From Octopus sinensis (Eukaryota), in the NCBI RefSeq assembly GCF_006345805.1, contig NC_043000.1, positions 33,294,001 to 33,358,000 of the forward strand: 64,000 bases of DNA. The letters run 5' to 3'. Below the pieces are notes generated by a model, which saw only the letters and a program-made list of their open reading frames with translations, searched no databases and was not told the origin of the DNA. A program made the position numbers and the translations under genes. Shown one piece after another: positions 50,952 through 64,000 of this stretch (the stretch's first letter is position 1; each line of letters opens with the position of its first letter).

Positions 50952-51579
50952 ACGGGATATTATTCGTAATTACAATCTGTCATTTATTAACTAATTGCAT
51001 TAATTTTAATTCCGAACTTTCGTCGTTAATCATACAGATTTACGATTAACATCTATAAAATTAAATGTTAATTAAACTTAGCTAATTAAATAACTACACA
51101 AGTAAACATACAAAATAAAAAATTTGAATCATAAGTATCATTTCTAAAGTCAAAAATATTTAATAAGGAATAACTTAAAATTAAGGAACAACTTTCAAGC
51201 AAACTGGGACACGACACGATTGCGAAATGAAATATTTATGGTTTTAATAAATAATCGCCTAGATTTAAACTATCGTTCGGTTAAAATAAAAACTGCTTTG
51301 TAAGAGGCTCTCTAATCTCAAATTTACAACTTTATGAGAGAAATAATTAAACAAAAATTCAACGTGGGACGAAGTAACACGTGAAACATTTGGAGAAATA
51401 CTTATCACAATATGCTCGGATTTAAATATCAATTTTCGAAAGAAATAAACGATTGAAAATGTTCGAAACTGAAGGTATACTTAGACTGAAGAATACGTTG
51501 ACTAACTGAAACGTTTTTACTACATGGAATAACAGAATAACATCGATGGAGATGGATTTTCAGAAACATGTCAGCTTAC

Positions 51580-51616
51580 CTTCTTCACAATTCTACAGCG
51601 ATGGCGGAAAAGGGGG
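51580..51616 (-). promoter_or_regulatory. Probable TSS and non-coding first exon with 5'TOP tract (likely RPL29)
   Basis: The minus strand reads CCCCCTTTTCCGCCATCGCTGTAGAATTGTGAAGAAG|GTAAGC: a polypyrimidine start, no ATG and a strong donor. The surrounding sequence is locally CpG-rich. Linkage to the RPL29 acceptor at 30684 is inferred. Confidence 0.6.
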
Positions 51617-53634
51617 AAATAAACAGAGTGACAGGAAGAAGAGAAAGAGTTACCTCAAGGGAGGTAATAGATAATTCTAGGTGTCTACACACGCACACAC
51701 ACTCTATCTATCTATCTATCTATCTATCTATATATATATATATATATATAAAATATTAGAAAAAAACATCTTTTATCAATTCAAAATGAATAATTAAATT
51801 ACAACATCTAGAAAATATATATTATAATGTGTGGAATTTGATTTAGTATTTCTAAATTGAATTCTTTTTCCTTATAAGTCTGGATTTTATTTCCTCAAAT
51901 AATAATTTTATATATATATGTATATTCTTTTATTCTTTTACTTGTTTCAGTCATTTGACTGCAGCCATGCTGGAGCACCGCCAAGAAGGGTTTTTAATCA
52001 ATCAAATCAATCCTAGGACTTATTTTTTAAGCCCAGTAGTTATTCTATCGGTTGCTTTTGCTGAACTGCTAGATTACGGGGACATAAACACATTAATATT
52101 GGTTGTCAAGTGATGGGAACACATACACACACACACACACAAATCTTTGAGCGCAGATCCAGGGCCTCCCGAGACCGACAAATTCCTACTATTATATATA
52201 TGTACGGCGGGCTTCTTTCAGTTTCCGCCTGCTAAATCTACTCCTAAGGCTTTTGTCGGCCCGGGGCTATAGTAGAAGACACTTGCCCAATGTGGGACAG
52301 AATCCGGAACCTTGTGGGTCGGAAGCAAGTTCCTTATCATACAGCCATATTATAAAGATGTGCTTTGATTGCAGCTGTTTTGATCTGAGAATGAATTATG
52401 AAACAAAAACGGTTGCAGCATGGAATACATCCGTTAGCCACTCAAAATCACACAAAGACTGTTAACTTCACTTATATAAATCAACATCCATTTTCCATGC
52501 TGGTATGGGTTGGTCAGTTTGACCAGAGCTGACAAGCAGGAGAGCTGCCCCAGGTTCCAGTCTGATTTGGCTTGACCTCTGTGGCTGGATGCCCTTCCAA
52601 ATGCCAACCACCTTACAGAGTGTGATGGGTGTTTTTTATGTGGCACCGGCATAGGACTCTTACAGGTAGAACCCCTTCATCTAGGCATTAGCACTTTTGC
52701 TGTGGTGGACAGGTCTTCTTGTATACTGCAAAGCACCAGATAACCTTTATAACGCCCAGTGTCCTGAGATTAGCTTTTAACCCTTTTGTTACTGTATTTA
52801 TTTCGAGATGCTTTGTGTTTCTTTCAATTACTTTAAATGTAACAAAGAATTTAGTTAAAAGAAACTTAGTTATCTTTAAGGTAGTGTTAGGAACATAAAT
52901 TGTACTAAAGTTTGGTGGAAGATTTTAATTCAAAACTTATGAAAACAAGACATTTGTACTGCAGAGCCAGAGGCGGTTTCAGTCGGGTTGGCATCAAAAG
53001 GGGTTAATGCTTTGTCCTATGTCTTGGGTTTCCCACTTCCACTAGTTCAGTCCACTTTAAGTCACTGGCACTTCTTTATGCAGCTTTTTATGTGCCACTG
53101 GTGCGGGAACCAGTCAGGCGGCACTGGCATCGGTCATGTTCGGATGGTGCTTTTTACGTGCTATCAGCACAGGAGCCAGTCAGGGCAGGGATGGGGTTAG
53201 GGGTGGCATCGACCAATTTCAGATGCTGTTTTTTATGTGCCACCAGCATAGGGAGCCAGTCAAGTGGCACTGGCAAAGATCCACGTATGAATGGTGCTTA
53301 TTGCATGACAGCCAGTCAGGCAGCACTGGCAACGTCCACAACTACGATTTCCATTTTTTATTTTTGAATTAGAAAGGAAATTCCAAACATGGAAACTTAA
53401 CCTAGAACAGAGAGGTCTTAAATTAAACTTAGCAAAGACAAAGGTTTTTAGTAATTGAGGTATCTTCAGGGAAATGGCCTTGCTCAATATACAGAAAAGA
53501 GGTGGGTATAAACTCTATACATAATAACTCACTGTAAGTTATGGACACACAAGAGATGTTGTGGAATCACAGGCAGGGTATCCAAAAATATAATCTCCAT
53601 ATGTACAGCAAAAGTATATCAGAGCGCACTGAAA

Positions 53635-54201
53635 TATTGTGTTGTCCAGAAGTTTTGTGCGATTTATAGTGGCTTACCTTTCGACTTATTTTAGAACATG
53701 GTTGAGTCCATAAAATAGATTTGACTACACCTCCATTTAGAGAGCCAGTTTAAGCTATCTTTTCATGGAAGAAGTTTATGTTCCTATAACCTGTGTTAAT
53801 TCTGTAACCCTTTAAAATGGAAGATAAGAAAGTTCATTTTCGGACATTGATGCTTTGGGAACCAGACAAAAATTGCTGCAGCTCGGCTGGGATGGTTACC
53901 CAACCCTCCATATTCCCCAGATATTGCTCCTTCGGATTTCTGCTTATTCAGGTCTCTGCAGAATAGTCTTAATGGTAAAAATTTCAATTCCTTGGATGAT
54001 GTAAAAAGATACCTTGATGAATTCTTTGCCATGAAACCACTTCAATTCTGGGAAGTGGGTATTTTCAAGTTTAAGGAAAGATGGAGATGCATTCTGCAAC
54101 CAAATGGTTCACATTTGGTTGATTAAAAATGTAATGGCAAGTATTTATTGACCTTTTTCTTTCCTTTAAAAATCGGCAAGAACTTTCTGGACAGCCCAAT
54201 A
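53635..54201 (+). mobile_element. Internally deleted mariner element with both TIRs
   Basis: TATTGTGTTGTCCAGAA and TTCTGGACAGCCCAATA ends. Encodes PPYSPDIAPSDF...KERWRCILQPNGSHLVD*. Confidence 0.85.
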
Positions 54202-57200
54202 GTTTCTTTTAAATGCACTGATGGCTTAGTAGAAGTAGTTGATTACTTTAGGAGATGTAATCAGCAAAGTAAGTGGTTATTCTGAAAGCCTGGAGTGAGA
54301 AAAGGCTGGAGGAAGTTCAGGGAGCTGCTACCACTACTGACAATCAAGATCTTTTCCCTTAGAGCAGAGGTTCTCAAACTTTTTGGGCCACTCTCCCCAC
54401 TCATGGCCACATAATACCCTCAGCACCCCCACCCCTATTTTTATGTATATATATTTTATATTTTACTAATTTATATTTACTATGAATCATTTTGATATTT
54501 AATATAATATTATATAATTTGTATACAATACTATAATAATATTATTATAAATTTATAGCATCCCCTAATTCACTGTCTTCCCAACGCCTCCTTTTTCTCT
54601 ACTGTACACCCCCACCAGCGCCCACCTGGACCAAGGGGTGGTAGTGCCCACTTTGAGAACCTATGCCTTAGAGTAAGGGCAGATTGCTTGGTGCATGTGT
54701 TAGAACTGCAGTGCTGTACAGTGGTGGATGCAGAGGCTTTGAGAAGATGAAGCAAGCATGCTCTGTTGGATGTGCAATGTAAATGCACACGAAAGAGGCA
54801 GCATAAATGTGGTGTGAGAAAATTGGACAAAAGTGGAATCAGATGTAGTGTGCAAAAATGAAGATTGCACTGGTGGGTATACGTGAAGGCTGTGGATGAG
54901 GACGACTGTCTAAAGAAGGGGCAATCATTAAAAGTGGATGAGACTTAACAAAGAGGAAGGCTCAGGTGGACATGGGCCATGGGATGTGGCAGTGAAGACT
55001 GGTCGCAAGTCCTTGAATCTCACAGAGGAGATGACAAAGGACTGAGATGGCTAACAATATGCTGTTCTTGAAAAGACCTGCCAACATTAGCATTACTGAG
55101 CTCAAACAGAGCTGTGTGTGTGTTTGCACATTTGGGTCCTCTATCCAGTTCCCTACCTCCTTAAAACACACATTACCCATCACCTTCCTAACTGTACTTC
55201 CTTCTTGATACCCCTTTTCTTACTCCCCAGAACCACTTTCATCCACTTTCATCCATCATTCATCTTTTACTTCTGATCTCCACCAATACTTTCTTCAATC
55301 ATCCTCTCCCCCACCTACTGTGCACCATATTATGTACCCTCACTTCCTTACAACACTCCTCTTCATATCTCTGCCTGCCCATCTCTCTCTCTCTTAACCT
55401 ACCCAACTGCATGTCAGCTCTCTCTCTTTCTTTCATCCCCCTATTTACACTGTCATCATCTTTATTTTACTGCTTGCACCAGACATCCCTTACACCCCTC
55501 CCACTCATCCCTAGACCCCCACCACTCATTCCTACCCTCCTTGTACCTTGACAGTCCACTTTGACACCACATCCCCAATTTACAGCTTGCCCCTCTCCTC
55601 TAAAATGTGTGAGCTTTTGTAGCTTTTCTTCTGCAAGAAACCTACTTTGTTTCAGCCCCTTTTTCCTCATGCTTGACCCCTCTCTATTCCTTATTTTCCT
55701 AGCAAAAAGTTCCTCACCCCTCTCTAGTTTCTTAGTCATGCAAGCTGCATGCTGACCTCACTAATGCTGGTGGCATAAGAAAAGTGCACCCAATTCACAC
55801 TCTAAAATGGTTGGCGTTAGGAAGGGCACCCAACCATAGAAACCAAGCCAAGCAGTCCCATGAGGCCATCATGTCCCATCAAACTGTTTGGCCTATGCCA
55901 GCATAAAACATGGACATTAAGTGATGATGATGATGATCTGCCTTAGGGTCCAGCCCTTTGAATATTCTGTATGAGTTTACTCAAAAAAATAACTCACAAG
56001 ATGGCAGAGTTTTATTATTATGGTGGACATGGTTTGGGTAGATCTAGTCTTGTTCTTCAAACTTGCAGTGGTCTGGTAGAGTATGAGGGGCCATAAGCCC
56101 AGTAGATATCAACATGCAGGATTTCTATGGAGTGACCTTCCCTTTGATAAGCAACTATAGAGCTGAAGGGTCACATCTGTCTTGGGGCCTGTTGAGGGAG
56201 GGGGGGTCTCTGAGTGACCTTCTTCCAGAGCTAATTCTATGAGATGCTAATTAACCCATAGCTGAGATTCTGACAGGTGCTACTGCTCCAGGTGAAAGTA
56301 GACCTGGGAGCAATAGGAACTCCAAAACAGGGCCCCACACAACTGGATGCAGTTTAAAGGATACATGTATGTATCATCATCATCATCATCATCATTTAGC
56401 TTTCCATGCTAGCATGGGTTGGACGATTTAAGTGAGGTCTGGCGATGTAAGTAATATATGTATGTATTATGAATGTGTGGATCATGTGAGCAGAGTGGAG
56501 AGAGTCTGTGGGGTGCTGTGCCAGCTGTATTGGACCTAAAATTTTTGGTTGTGCAATTACCAGTGAGGCACCCATCCAATGCCTGGTCAAGAAGTAGGAG
56601 GCTTCCACAGGAAGCAGGGAGGCTATGGACGCTAACCCAGATGAAGCCAAATGCTGGTGCACAAGCATTGCTGGCATTTTGCACAGGCAATGGTCAGTGA
56701 TGGTCTTCTTTGGCCACAAGTGGACAGATATCATCATCATGTATAATACAATTCTATATTCAAGAGATGAGGAATTATGCACATTATTTACATTTGATGG
56801 ATATTTGTCCTCATCTTGTTTGTATCACATCTATGCCAAGAGAACTTACATAGGTACTTTATTCATTTTGCTTTTTTATGGAAGGGTAGTGCCTCTGACC
56901 CTTTTCCAGGAATTGGGCCAGAAGCAGCACCCTGTTGACTTGGCACAAATGGGTACAACAGGGTGGATCCTTCTAAAGTCACTCAGTAACTAAATTGTAA
57001 TGCTGTATTAAGCAACAGATTAAGAAACCTAAGAACAGGTGTGGTTCTTGGTGGTTACTAAACCATTCACAAGATTTTGATCCATCAGCAACTATGGTAG
57101 AAGACACCTGCCCAAAGTTCCACACAGAAGAATTGAACCCGAAACCATGTAGCCATGAAGCAAACTTCTTACTCCCACCACCACCACCAACCATGCAAGC

Positions 57201-58384
57201 ATGGTAGGTGGAGGGATGAAACAATAATAAACTTCTCTGCATTATTAATTGTTCACACAGCCACTTTGATTGTTTCAATTTCAAAGGTCACTCACTTTTG
57301 AACTCTGGTACTAAAAGTGAGGAAGACACAGCAACAGCACATCACTACATCCACTGTTTGTTGGTGAATCCCTTCTATATTTGGCAGATGGCACCTTTGC
57401 CCCACTCAGGTGGCAACCCTCCAACCCATGGGTCTCTTTGAGTAGTCATTTCTGGTGAAGCTTTTATGAGTTAGGAGTTTAAATCCTGCCTCAACCTCTT
57501 TTATGTAAATATTTTATCAAACCTGAGACAAAAATTTCTTGGATAAGTTAGCAGATAACTGCTATGAACTTAATTTATGCAATGGTTATAATGGTTAAAA
57601 CATCAGACAATGAAGTAGTTTGATCACAATGCGATGCTGTGACTCTCTACTTCTGAATTTGGTAGCGTATGAAGGAACTCTCAACAAAAGGAGGAATGAG
57701 AAGTCAATAAAGGATGGTGTTTGTGAACATCAAAGACTAGTGAAATCTAAAAGATGAGGTAGGTAAATGACCATAAAATATGAAGAGAAAGTTGTGTCAT
57801 ACTGTGGACATATGACCCTGTAGCGAGGCACAAGAAGCCAGCGCCATTTTGTATGGGAACTTGCCTGTAGCCATTACCATGTCCGAGACTGGAGCGAGAT
57901 CTCTCCTGCAACCATTTGCCATGCACAAGACGACAGCGAGACTCACATCGGCAACGACTATTTAAGCAGGAGAATTAAGACATTTTTTTCTCTTTCTTCC
58001 TTCTCACTTATGCTGAGATACACTGCAAAATTGGCAGCTCACAGCAGACTCTTATCCCACTCTAACTTCACTGATTATCTCCAGAGGTAATGAACCTCAT
58101 GTATGCAGAGCTATAACGAACCATGCAGTGCCATAAAGATGGTCACTGAGAGCAAACAACATGAATGAGAACTAATAATAAATGACTATTGAATTGTACT
58201 CTGCTTGTAAACTTCTTAAGACTATAGAAATAATTACAATGGGAGAAGGAGATAATCCACAAGTATCATAAACCTTTAAATCCATTATAACCCTCTTTGG
58301 ATATTGGATTTCATTGGTTGATATTTCCAATTTCAGTCAATAGTTTGGAAAGATGTATTTAAGACTTGGTCATATTATTCAAAA

Positions 58385-58746
58385 CTAGCACTATGACCCG
58401 GCAATGCCAGGTCATAGTGCTAGTGCATGCATTTACAGCTGCATGCGCACATACACGCGAGTACTGTCCAAATCACTGACCAATCACATACAGCTAGCTG
58501 GCATTCCAATGGCGTATCAAGTTTCGGGCATTTTGATTGGGTTTTGGGTAGAAAATTCACAAAAAAGTCACTTCTATTGATTTTTTGATGGCTTTGCGGG
58601 GTGACTGGGGGAAATGTAAAGATGTGCATGACCACCCTTGGACAGTTTTCAATGACCATAGAAAATGCGAGCCCTCTAACTGAAAAAATTGTGGATTTGT
58701 ATAAAGGATACACACAGACAGACATTTTGCCGTTTATATATATAGA
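58385..58746 (-). mobile_element. Non-autonomous Helitron
   Basis: 5' TCTATATATATAAACGGC (same start family as 25569) and a 3' hairpin CTAGCACTATGACC..GGTCATAGTGCTAG ending in CTAG. Confidence 0.7.
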
Positions 58747-59709
58747 CATAAAAAGAAAAACATTCAGTGAAGGACAAGTAACTTATTCAGAGTTAAAACA
58801 TTTGTATTTCATTTAATTATTTCTTATCCAAATACTGCATCTGATCTCTTTTCTCTGCTCCTCTGGAGAGTCTTAAACACATGTCCCCTTCCCCTATCTT
58901 GATTCAGATTCTATTCTCTTCCAATCACTGCCATTGTCTGCTTAAAGAGTGAACTTCTACAGGAAACCACATACATCTGCAGAGGATGGCAACAGGTTCT
59001 CATTAAAATCTCTTCCTATTGTTTTTAAAACCATGAAAAATGTATTAGCTACCAATCTAGATACATTGTTTACGACCATCTCCTGTTTTCAGACATAGAG
59101 CATCGAACACTACATTATTCCATGCATCTTTTTTTTAAAGGGAGATGGTGCTGTTATTTCTAGCGCATGAAGCGCCCTCCACGAAGTTTCCTCGGTGAAA
59201 TAGTGAACGAGAAGAACCTTGCATAATTGTGATAACACACTCGACATTTTCTTTATAAGAAATTTATTCATTCTTTGTCCAGTCGATTCCACGAAATGTT
59301 CATCGTCCCTCATTCCAGATCTCGGGAATGACGCCATCAAGAGTATAACTTCTAGTACGGTCATCCATAGAAGGCGAAGGCATACCATTACTTCTCTGCT
59401 GTGACGCAGGTCAAATAAATTCTATAGTAATGACAAAAAGTGTATTTAAAGGATAAACCTCAAAAAGATCATGTTCACATTTGAATTGTTACTAGTTCCA
59501 AATTATTTATTTTTTTGTGCAAATGATTAATATATCTTATCATCATTTAATTTCTTCAGAAAATGACATTTTTTTCTTTTGCTTCAACATAAAATAGAAA
59601 AAATTATAAATTTTATAATTTAACGCGAATTTCGTTTTTGTATTTGGTTTGCAAGATTCTTTATATGAGTTCGTGTGTTGAAGCATATTCTGTTGTGTCT
59701 GGGGAGAGT

Positions 59710-60305
59710 CATTTTCTTTTTGTGCCTTATGTAACACACTCACCGGTAAAATTTCCACTTTTTTCTTATTTTGTCAAAACTATTGAAAAGGTTGCAAGAC
59801 GCAACGAAATTTTTGGACAATAAAAATAAGAAAAAAGTGGAAATTTTACCGGTGAGTGTGTTAAATAATAAGGCACAAACAGAAAATGGGGCGATCTTTC
59901 GTCTCTAGTAGACCTTTCCGTCGATTTCCGTAAAATTTTTTTCTTTTTTTACATATGGGCTTGCGGGAACTTTTGAAGTAATATACATACATATACACAT
60001 ACACCGAGTAAAAAATTTCAGTTATCTCTTTCTTTCACACATTACTCTGTCTCTTCACACACACTAACAGAAGCACTTCACTTACACAACATACTGTCTG
60101 TCTCCCACACCCCATCAAACACACACATATACATCAATGCTCCCATGCACGGTAACTTCAAAAGAACTTCCCTCGTCATACAATCGCTTTCTCTTAGTCT
60201 CTTTTGCTCTCATTACTTCAAAAGTTCCCGCAAGCCCATATGTAAAAAAAAATGAATTTTTTTACGGAAATCGACGGAAAGGTCTACTAGAAACGAAAGA
60301 TCGCC
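59710..60305. mobile_element. Two adjacent foldback MITEs (59710-59888 and 59890-60305)
   Basis: Inverted arms of about 75 bp and 95 bp. The second is flanked by a GAAAATGG/GAAAAATGG TSD-like repeat. Confidence 0.7.
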
Positions 60306-60609
60306 GAAAATGGATCTTTTCGCTTTGACCGGCAGATTTAAAAAATAATTTCTTTGTAACTAAACACTTTTAAACTTCGTATACTGGTAGAATGTGTTTA
60401 TAAAACATCTTTTTCTCTTGGCTTTCTTGAGAAAATTCTATAGTTTGTAAACTATTTGTTGTTTAATTTCTTGCATTTCGGCAATTTCAACCAATCAATG
60501 ACGTCTATTGAGGTGAATACAATATCTCCAGATCGTTGTCAACAACAGAATAATTTAGCAAAATCATTCAAGAAAATACTATTTATTACTCAAATTGGTT
60601 TCCATACAT

Positions 60610-60969
60610 AATGTCACGTGATAGCTGTCTGTGTAACACGAAGAGTTCTGTTTCGTCACTTCCTGTTTATGGAAAATAAATAAATCCGAAAGCGGAAGTG
60701 ACACTCAGGCGTCATTGTTGTTGACTTTGAGGAACAAAGTTATTAATTTCCATTATTTAGAGAAAGAGAGAGCGAAGACAGCACCAACCCAGAGGATTTA
60801 CCAAATTCTATACACCCACATATATACAGCAGAAACACCAACTGGTATTCTATGGGGATCAGCACTGAACAGTTGTCGGAAATGGCATAAATTGAATTGA
60901 TGAATCGATTGAAAGTAAGGAAGTGGTGTCTCCCGAAAACACCGTCTTGCTGAAGCAACATCCGTCTAG
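60610..60969 (+). promoter_or_regulatory. Probable UBE2A promoter and 5'UTR exon
   Basis: E-box TCACGTGA (60614), two ETS-like sites (CACTTCCTG at 60657, CGGAAGTG at 60693) and local CpG enrichment. Candidate donor TAG|gtatac at 60970 and acceptor ttttattttgcag at 61343. Confidence 0.5.
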
Positions 60970-61570
60970 GTATACAACATCATTTATTATATTATATTAC
61001 TTTCGGGGTCGATAAATTAAGTACCAGTTATGCACTGGAGTCGATGTAATCGACTTAATCTCTTTGCCTGTCCTTGTTTCTCCTCTCTGTGTTTAGCCCC
61101 TTGTGGGCAAGAAAGAAATATATATTATTATATTACACATCGTATTTTCCATATTATCTGCTGGCTATATAGGTATGTGTGTATATGTATGTATATGAAG
61201 CTATTTACATGTCTCTCTTTCTCTCTATCTCTGCTCTCTTATTGAGAGGACAAATTAGAAATCTTCCTCATAAAAGGAAGTATTTTTTTTTTCTTTAAAA
61301 AGAGATATATAAATCTGATTTATATTCTGTTTTTATTTTGCAGTTTTCTTCCGAGTGTGGAGAATAGAACTGAAAAACTTCCGCTCGTCCGGAAACTTGG
61401 AATTTACTGGAAAGGATATTTTTTATCGTTTACCGACGGCCTTTATTTTTCTGTTTCCCCCCTCGAAAAAAAACAAACAAAACAAAATAAAATATATATA
61501 TATATATATATATTCGCAACACCAAAAACTATTTAACTTTCTGTAATTGGTTACCTGATATTGCGAGAAA

Positions 61571-62053
61571 ATGTCTACACCTGCTCGTCGTCGTTTAATG
61601 AGAGATTTTATGAGACTGCAAGACGACCCACCCGCCGGAGTGAGCGGAGCACCGACCGATAACAACATCATGTTGTGGAATGCAGTGATTTTCGGCCCGA
61701 CAGACACACCCTTCGAGGACGGTACCTTCAAACTGACCATCAAATTCACAGAGGAATACCCGAATAAACCCCCGGCCGTACGTTTCTCTTCTAAAATGTT
61801 CCACCCTAATATATATGCTGACGGTAGCATCTGCTTGGACATTCTCCAGAACCGATGGAGTCCTACATACGATGTGTCTTCTATACTGACTTCTATCCAG
61901 TCGTTGTTAGACGAACCCAACCCAAACAGTCCTGCCAATAACCTGGCCGCCCAACTCTATCAGGAAAATCGACGAGAGTACGAGAAACGAGTAAAGGCCA
62001 TAGTGGAAGAGAGCTGGATTTACCAAGGCAACGGAGCTACTTCATCGGAATAA
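61571..62053 (+). CDS. UBE2A: Ubiquitin-conjugating enzyme E2 A/B (Rad6), intronless CDS
   Basis: [13 protein letters not shown]...[36 protein letters not shown]...PNSPAN, near-identical to Rad6/UBE2A. Catalytic Cys present; 160 aa with a short C-terminal extension. Confidence 0.97.
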   Translation: MSTPARRRLMRDFMRLQDDPPAGVSGAPTDNNIMLWNAVIFGPTDTPFEDGTFKLTIKFTEEYPNKPPAVRFSSKMFHPNIYADGSICLDILQNRWSPTYDVSSILTSIQSLLDEPNPNSPANNLAAQLYQENRREYEKRVKAIVEESWIYQGNGATSSE

Positions 62054-63333
62054 TAATAATAATAATATTAATAATGAACACTTGTGTGTCTTGGTTGCAT
62101 TCTTGTCCAACATTGAATGTTAGATAAATTCATTCTCTCTCTACTGACTTTTGGGTTCGTTCTCTCTGAATCCTGCCACGTAACAAAAAAAAAAAAAACA
62201 TAAAAAAAAGCACAAATACAAAAAGAAAACAGAAAAATCCGAAGAAAACAATTCTTAAAAAAAATAAAAGAAGACTTCATCTCTTATCATTTATTTTTGA
62301 ATTTTCAAGTTCCAAAAAATCTGGTTGTTACAAAATGAAAAAACTTGCCAACATACAAACTTAGTCAACACTATCACACACACACACACATACATACACA
62401 CAGCATTTATTTCAGAAACATATCTATTACACTTCTAAATTGCATCATCAATATGTTGGTTTTATGTCAAATGACTGGGTGTGTGTGGGATGTGGGAGTG
62501 GTGAGTAAGTAAATGTATTTGATTAGATTCTTCACTCTTTTATTGTTGTTATTGTCACTAACACTTGGTTATCTCCAACATTTATATAGCCCGCAACCTG
62601 CTCAATTAGTCAGCCCTCATACCATAGATGACGAACTAAGAACATAAGCCTTTAAATGGTCACTCCATTCTCTTGCCACAAGTAGAGGAGTTAAGCCCAG
62701 ATCTGATCGGTTCAGTACGTTCTCTAACAGGAGTTTTAGACTCACAGACAGTACTTACCAAAGACAGAGGAGTTAAGCGTAGTCATCCACATTTAGTCAA
62801 TACTCTCACTATTGATTCAGTTAATATAGACCCTGATATTTTTAGACAATATTCTAGGCACAAATTGAAGGGTAAGGGTCAGCTTGGACGTACTCAGACA
62901 AGAATGCTCCTAGCAGACTGTAGAGTTTATGTCAGCCGTGTTTAATTAGACGATAGTCTCATCTGAAAGCAAAGGGTTAGATAAACTCTGATTTGCTCAT
63001 TTAGACAATACTCTCACTAAAACCCGAGGAGTTAGATGAAACTCTGACCTAGGTATTACTCTCACCACAGACTGCAAAACCTCAAAGAAAAACTTTATAT
63101 CAAGAAAGAATCTTTTTCTGTATTTGTTTCATTGGAAAGTAATTACAGTTTTTCATTCCAGTAATGCAACTCAGCTGTTTTTTTTTATTTCTTGTTTTAT
63201 TTTCTTCACCATCTCTTCCTCATGTCTAAATATCTACACACACGTGTGTGTGTGTGTAGTTTACTGTTCTGTTAAGGTAAAATCACCAAAAAAAAAAATG
63301 TATTCCATTCAGTGAGAGAGAAATGTCATTTAA

Positions 63334-63968
63334 GGCATTCCTTCGTTTTAACTCGACAAAACCATAACAAGACCTCGGTTGTTTCCATGACAACTGGACA
63401 ATTCACTTTGGATAACGTTGTGACCTCCGAAAATTTGTGGATTTTACATAACCCACATGAAGCAGGTAAGAACAAATATGCAAAGCTTTTTGCTGGCATA
63501 ATTTCGTTATATCTAAATTCCACAACACATGAATACATAAAGACGGAACACGCATTACGGAGGTCACGAAGATATCCAAAGGGAATTGTCAAGTTGACAT
63601 TGTTTGTTCCTTCTCGAGCCATCCCTGGCTCATAAGGGCCAGTTTCCCAGTTTCCTTGGCGTATAGGTTCCCCACCTGGACGGGACGCTGCTCCGTCGCA
63701 GGTGGGCTGCAAGATGCAGTAGGAAAGGGTGAGAGAAAGTTGTGGCGAAAGAGTCAGCAGAAGTTCGCCATTACCTTCTGCCGGAGCCACATGGAGCTTA
63801 GGTGTTTCGATCATAAACACACACATCGCCCGGTCTGAGATTCGAACCCGCGATCCCTCGACCGTGAGTCCGCTGCTCTAACCGCTAGTCCATGTGCCTC
63901 CACTCAAGTTGACATGGAAACAACTGAGGTCTTGTTATGGTTTTGTCGAGTTAAAACGAAGGAATGCC
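63334..63968. mobile_element. MITE with ~65-bp TIRs containing a SINE insertion (about 63600-63905)
   Basis: GGCATTCCTTCGTTTTAACTCGACAAAACCATAACAAGACCTC and its reverse complement; internal OR-like SINE on the minus strand. Confidence 0.7.
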
Positions 63969-64000
63969 GTCATTTAATGTACACGGTATAATGATGTGAG

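Noticed and set aside
57795-58238. Possible solo LTR (TG...CA ends, TATA-like and AATAAA-like motifs)
   Set aside because: Single copy in the window, with no clear TSD, PBS or PPT.
59110-59404. Overlapping ORFs of 92 and 61 aa
   Set aside because: No recognisable motifs; probably decayed transposon sequence.

Overview
Eukaryotic, AT-rich and microsatellite-dense DNA whose SINE, RTE, Helitron and MITE content suggests an octopod cephalopod (inference). Three protein-coding genes are supported. (1) RPL29 lies on the minus strand, with coding exons at 30666-30630, 17825-17761 and 17000-16821 and a probable non-coding 5'TOP first exon at 51616-51580. (2) A three-exon class A GPCR with an NRY motif (melatonin-receptor/moody/Tre1-like) lies on the plus strand at 31990-40402, apparently nested antisense in the RPL29 5' intron region. 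(3) A Rad6/UBE2A E2 enzyme with an intronless CDS lies at 61571-62053. The standout feature is the 12.8 kb intron between the first two RPL29 coding exons. It carries 14 near-identical 138-140 nt copies of an H/ACA snoRNA, all sense to the host. Both pseudouridylation pockets match the peptidyl-transferase-centre targets of SNORA65/U65/snR34. Two further copies of an unassigned box C/D snoRNA (43411-43510, 47508-47605) lie in the same putative transcription unit. Minimal hammerhead-ribozyme motifs occur in two repeat families. rRNA target assignments rest on recalled conserved rRNA sequence and need database confirmation.
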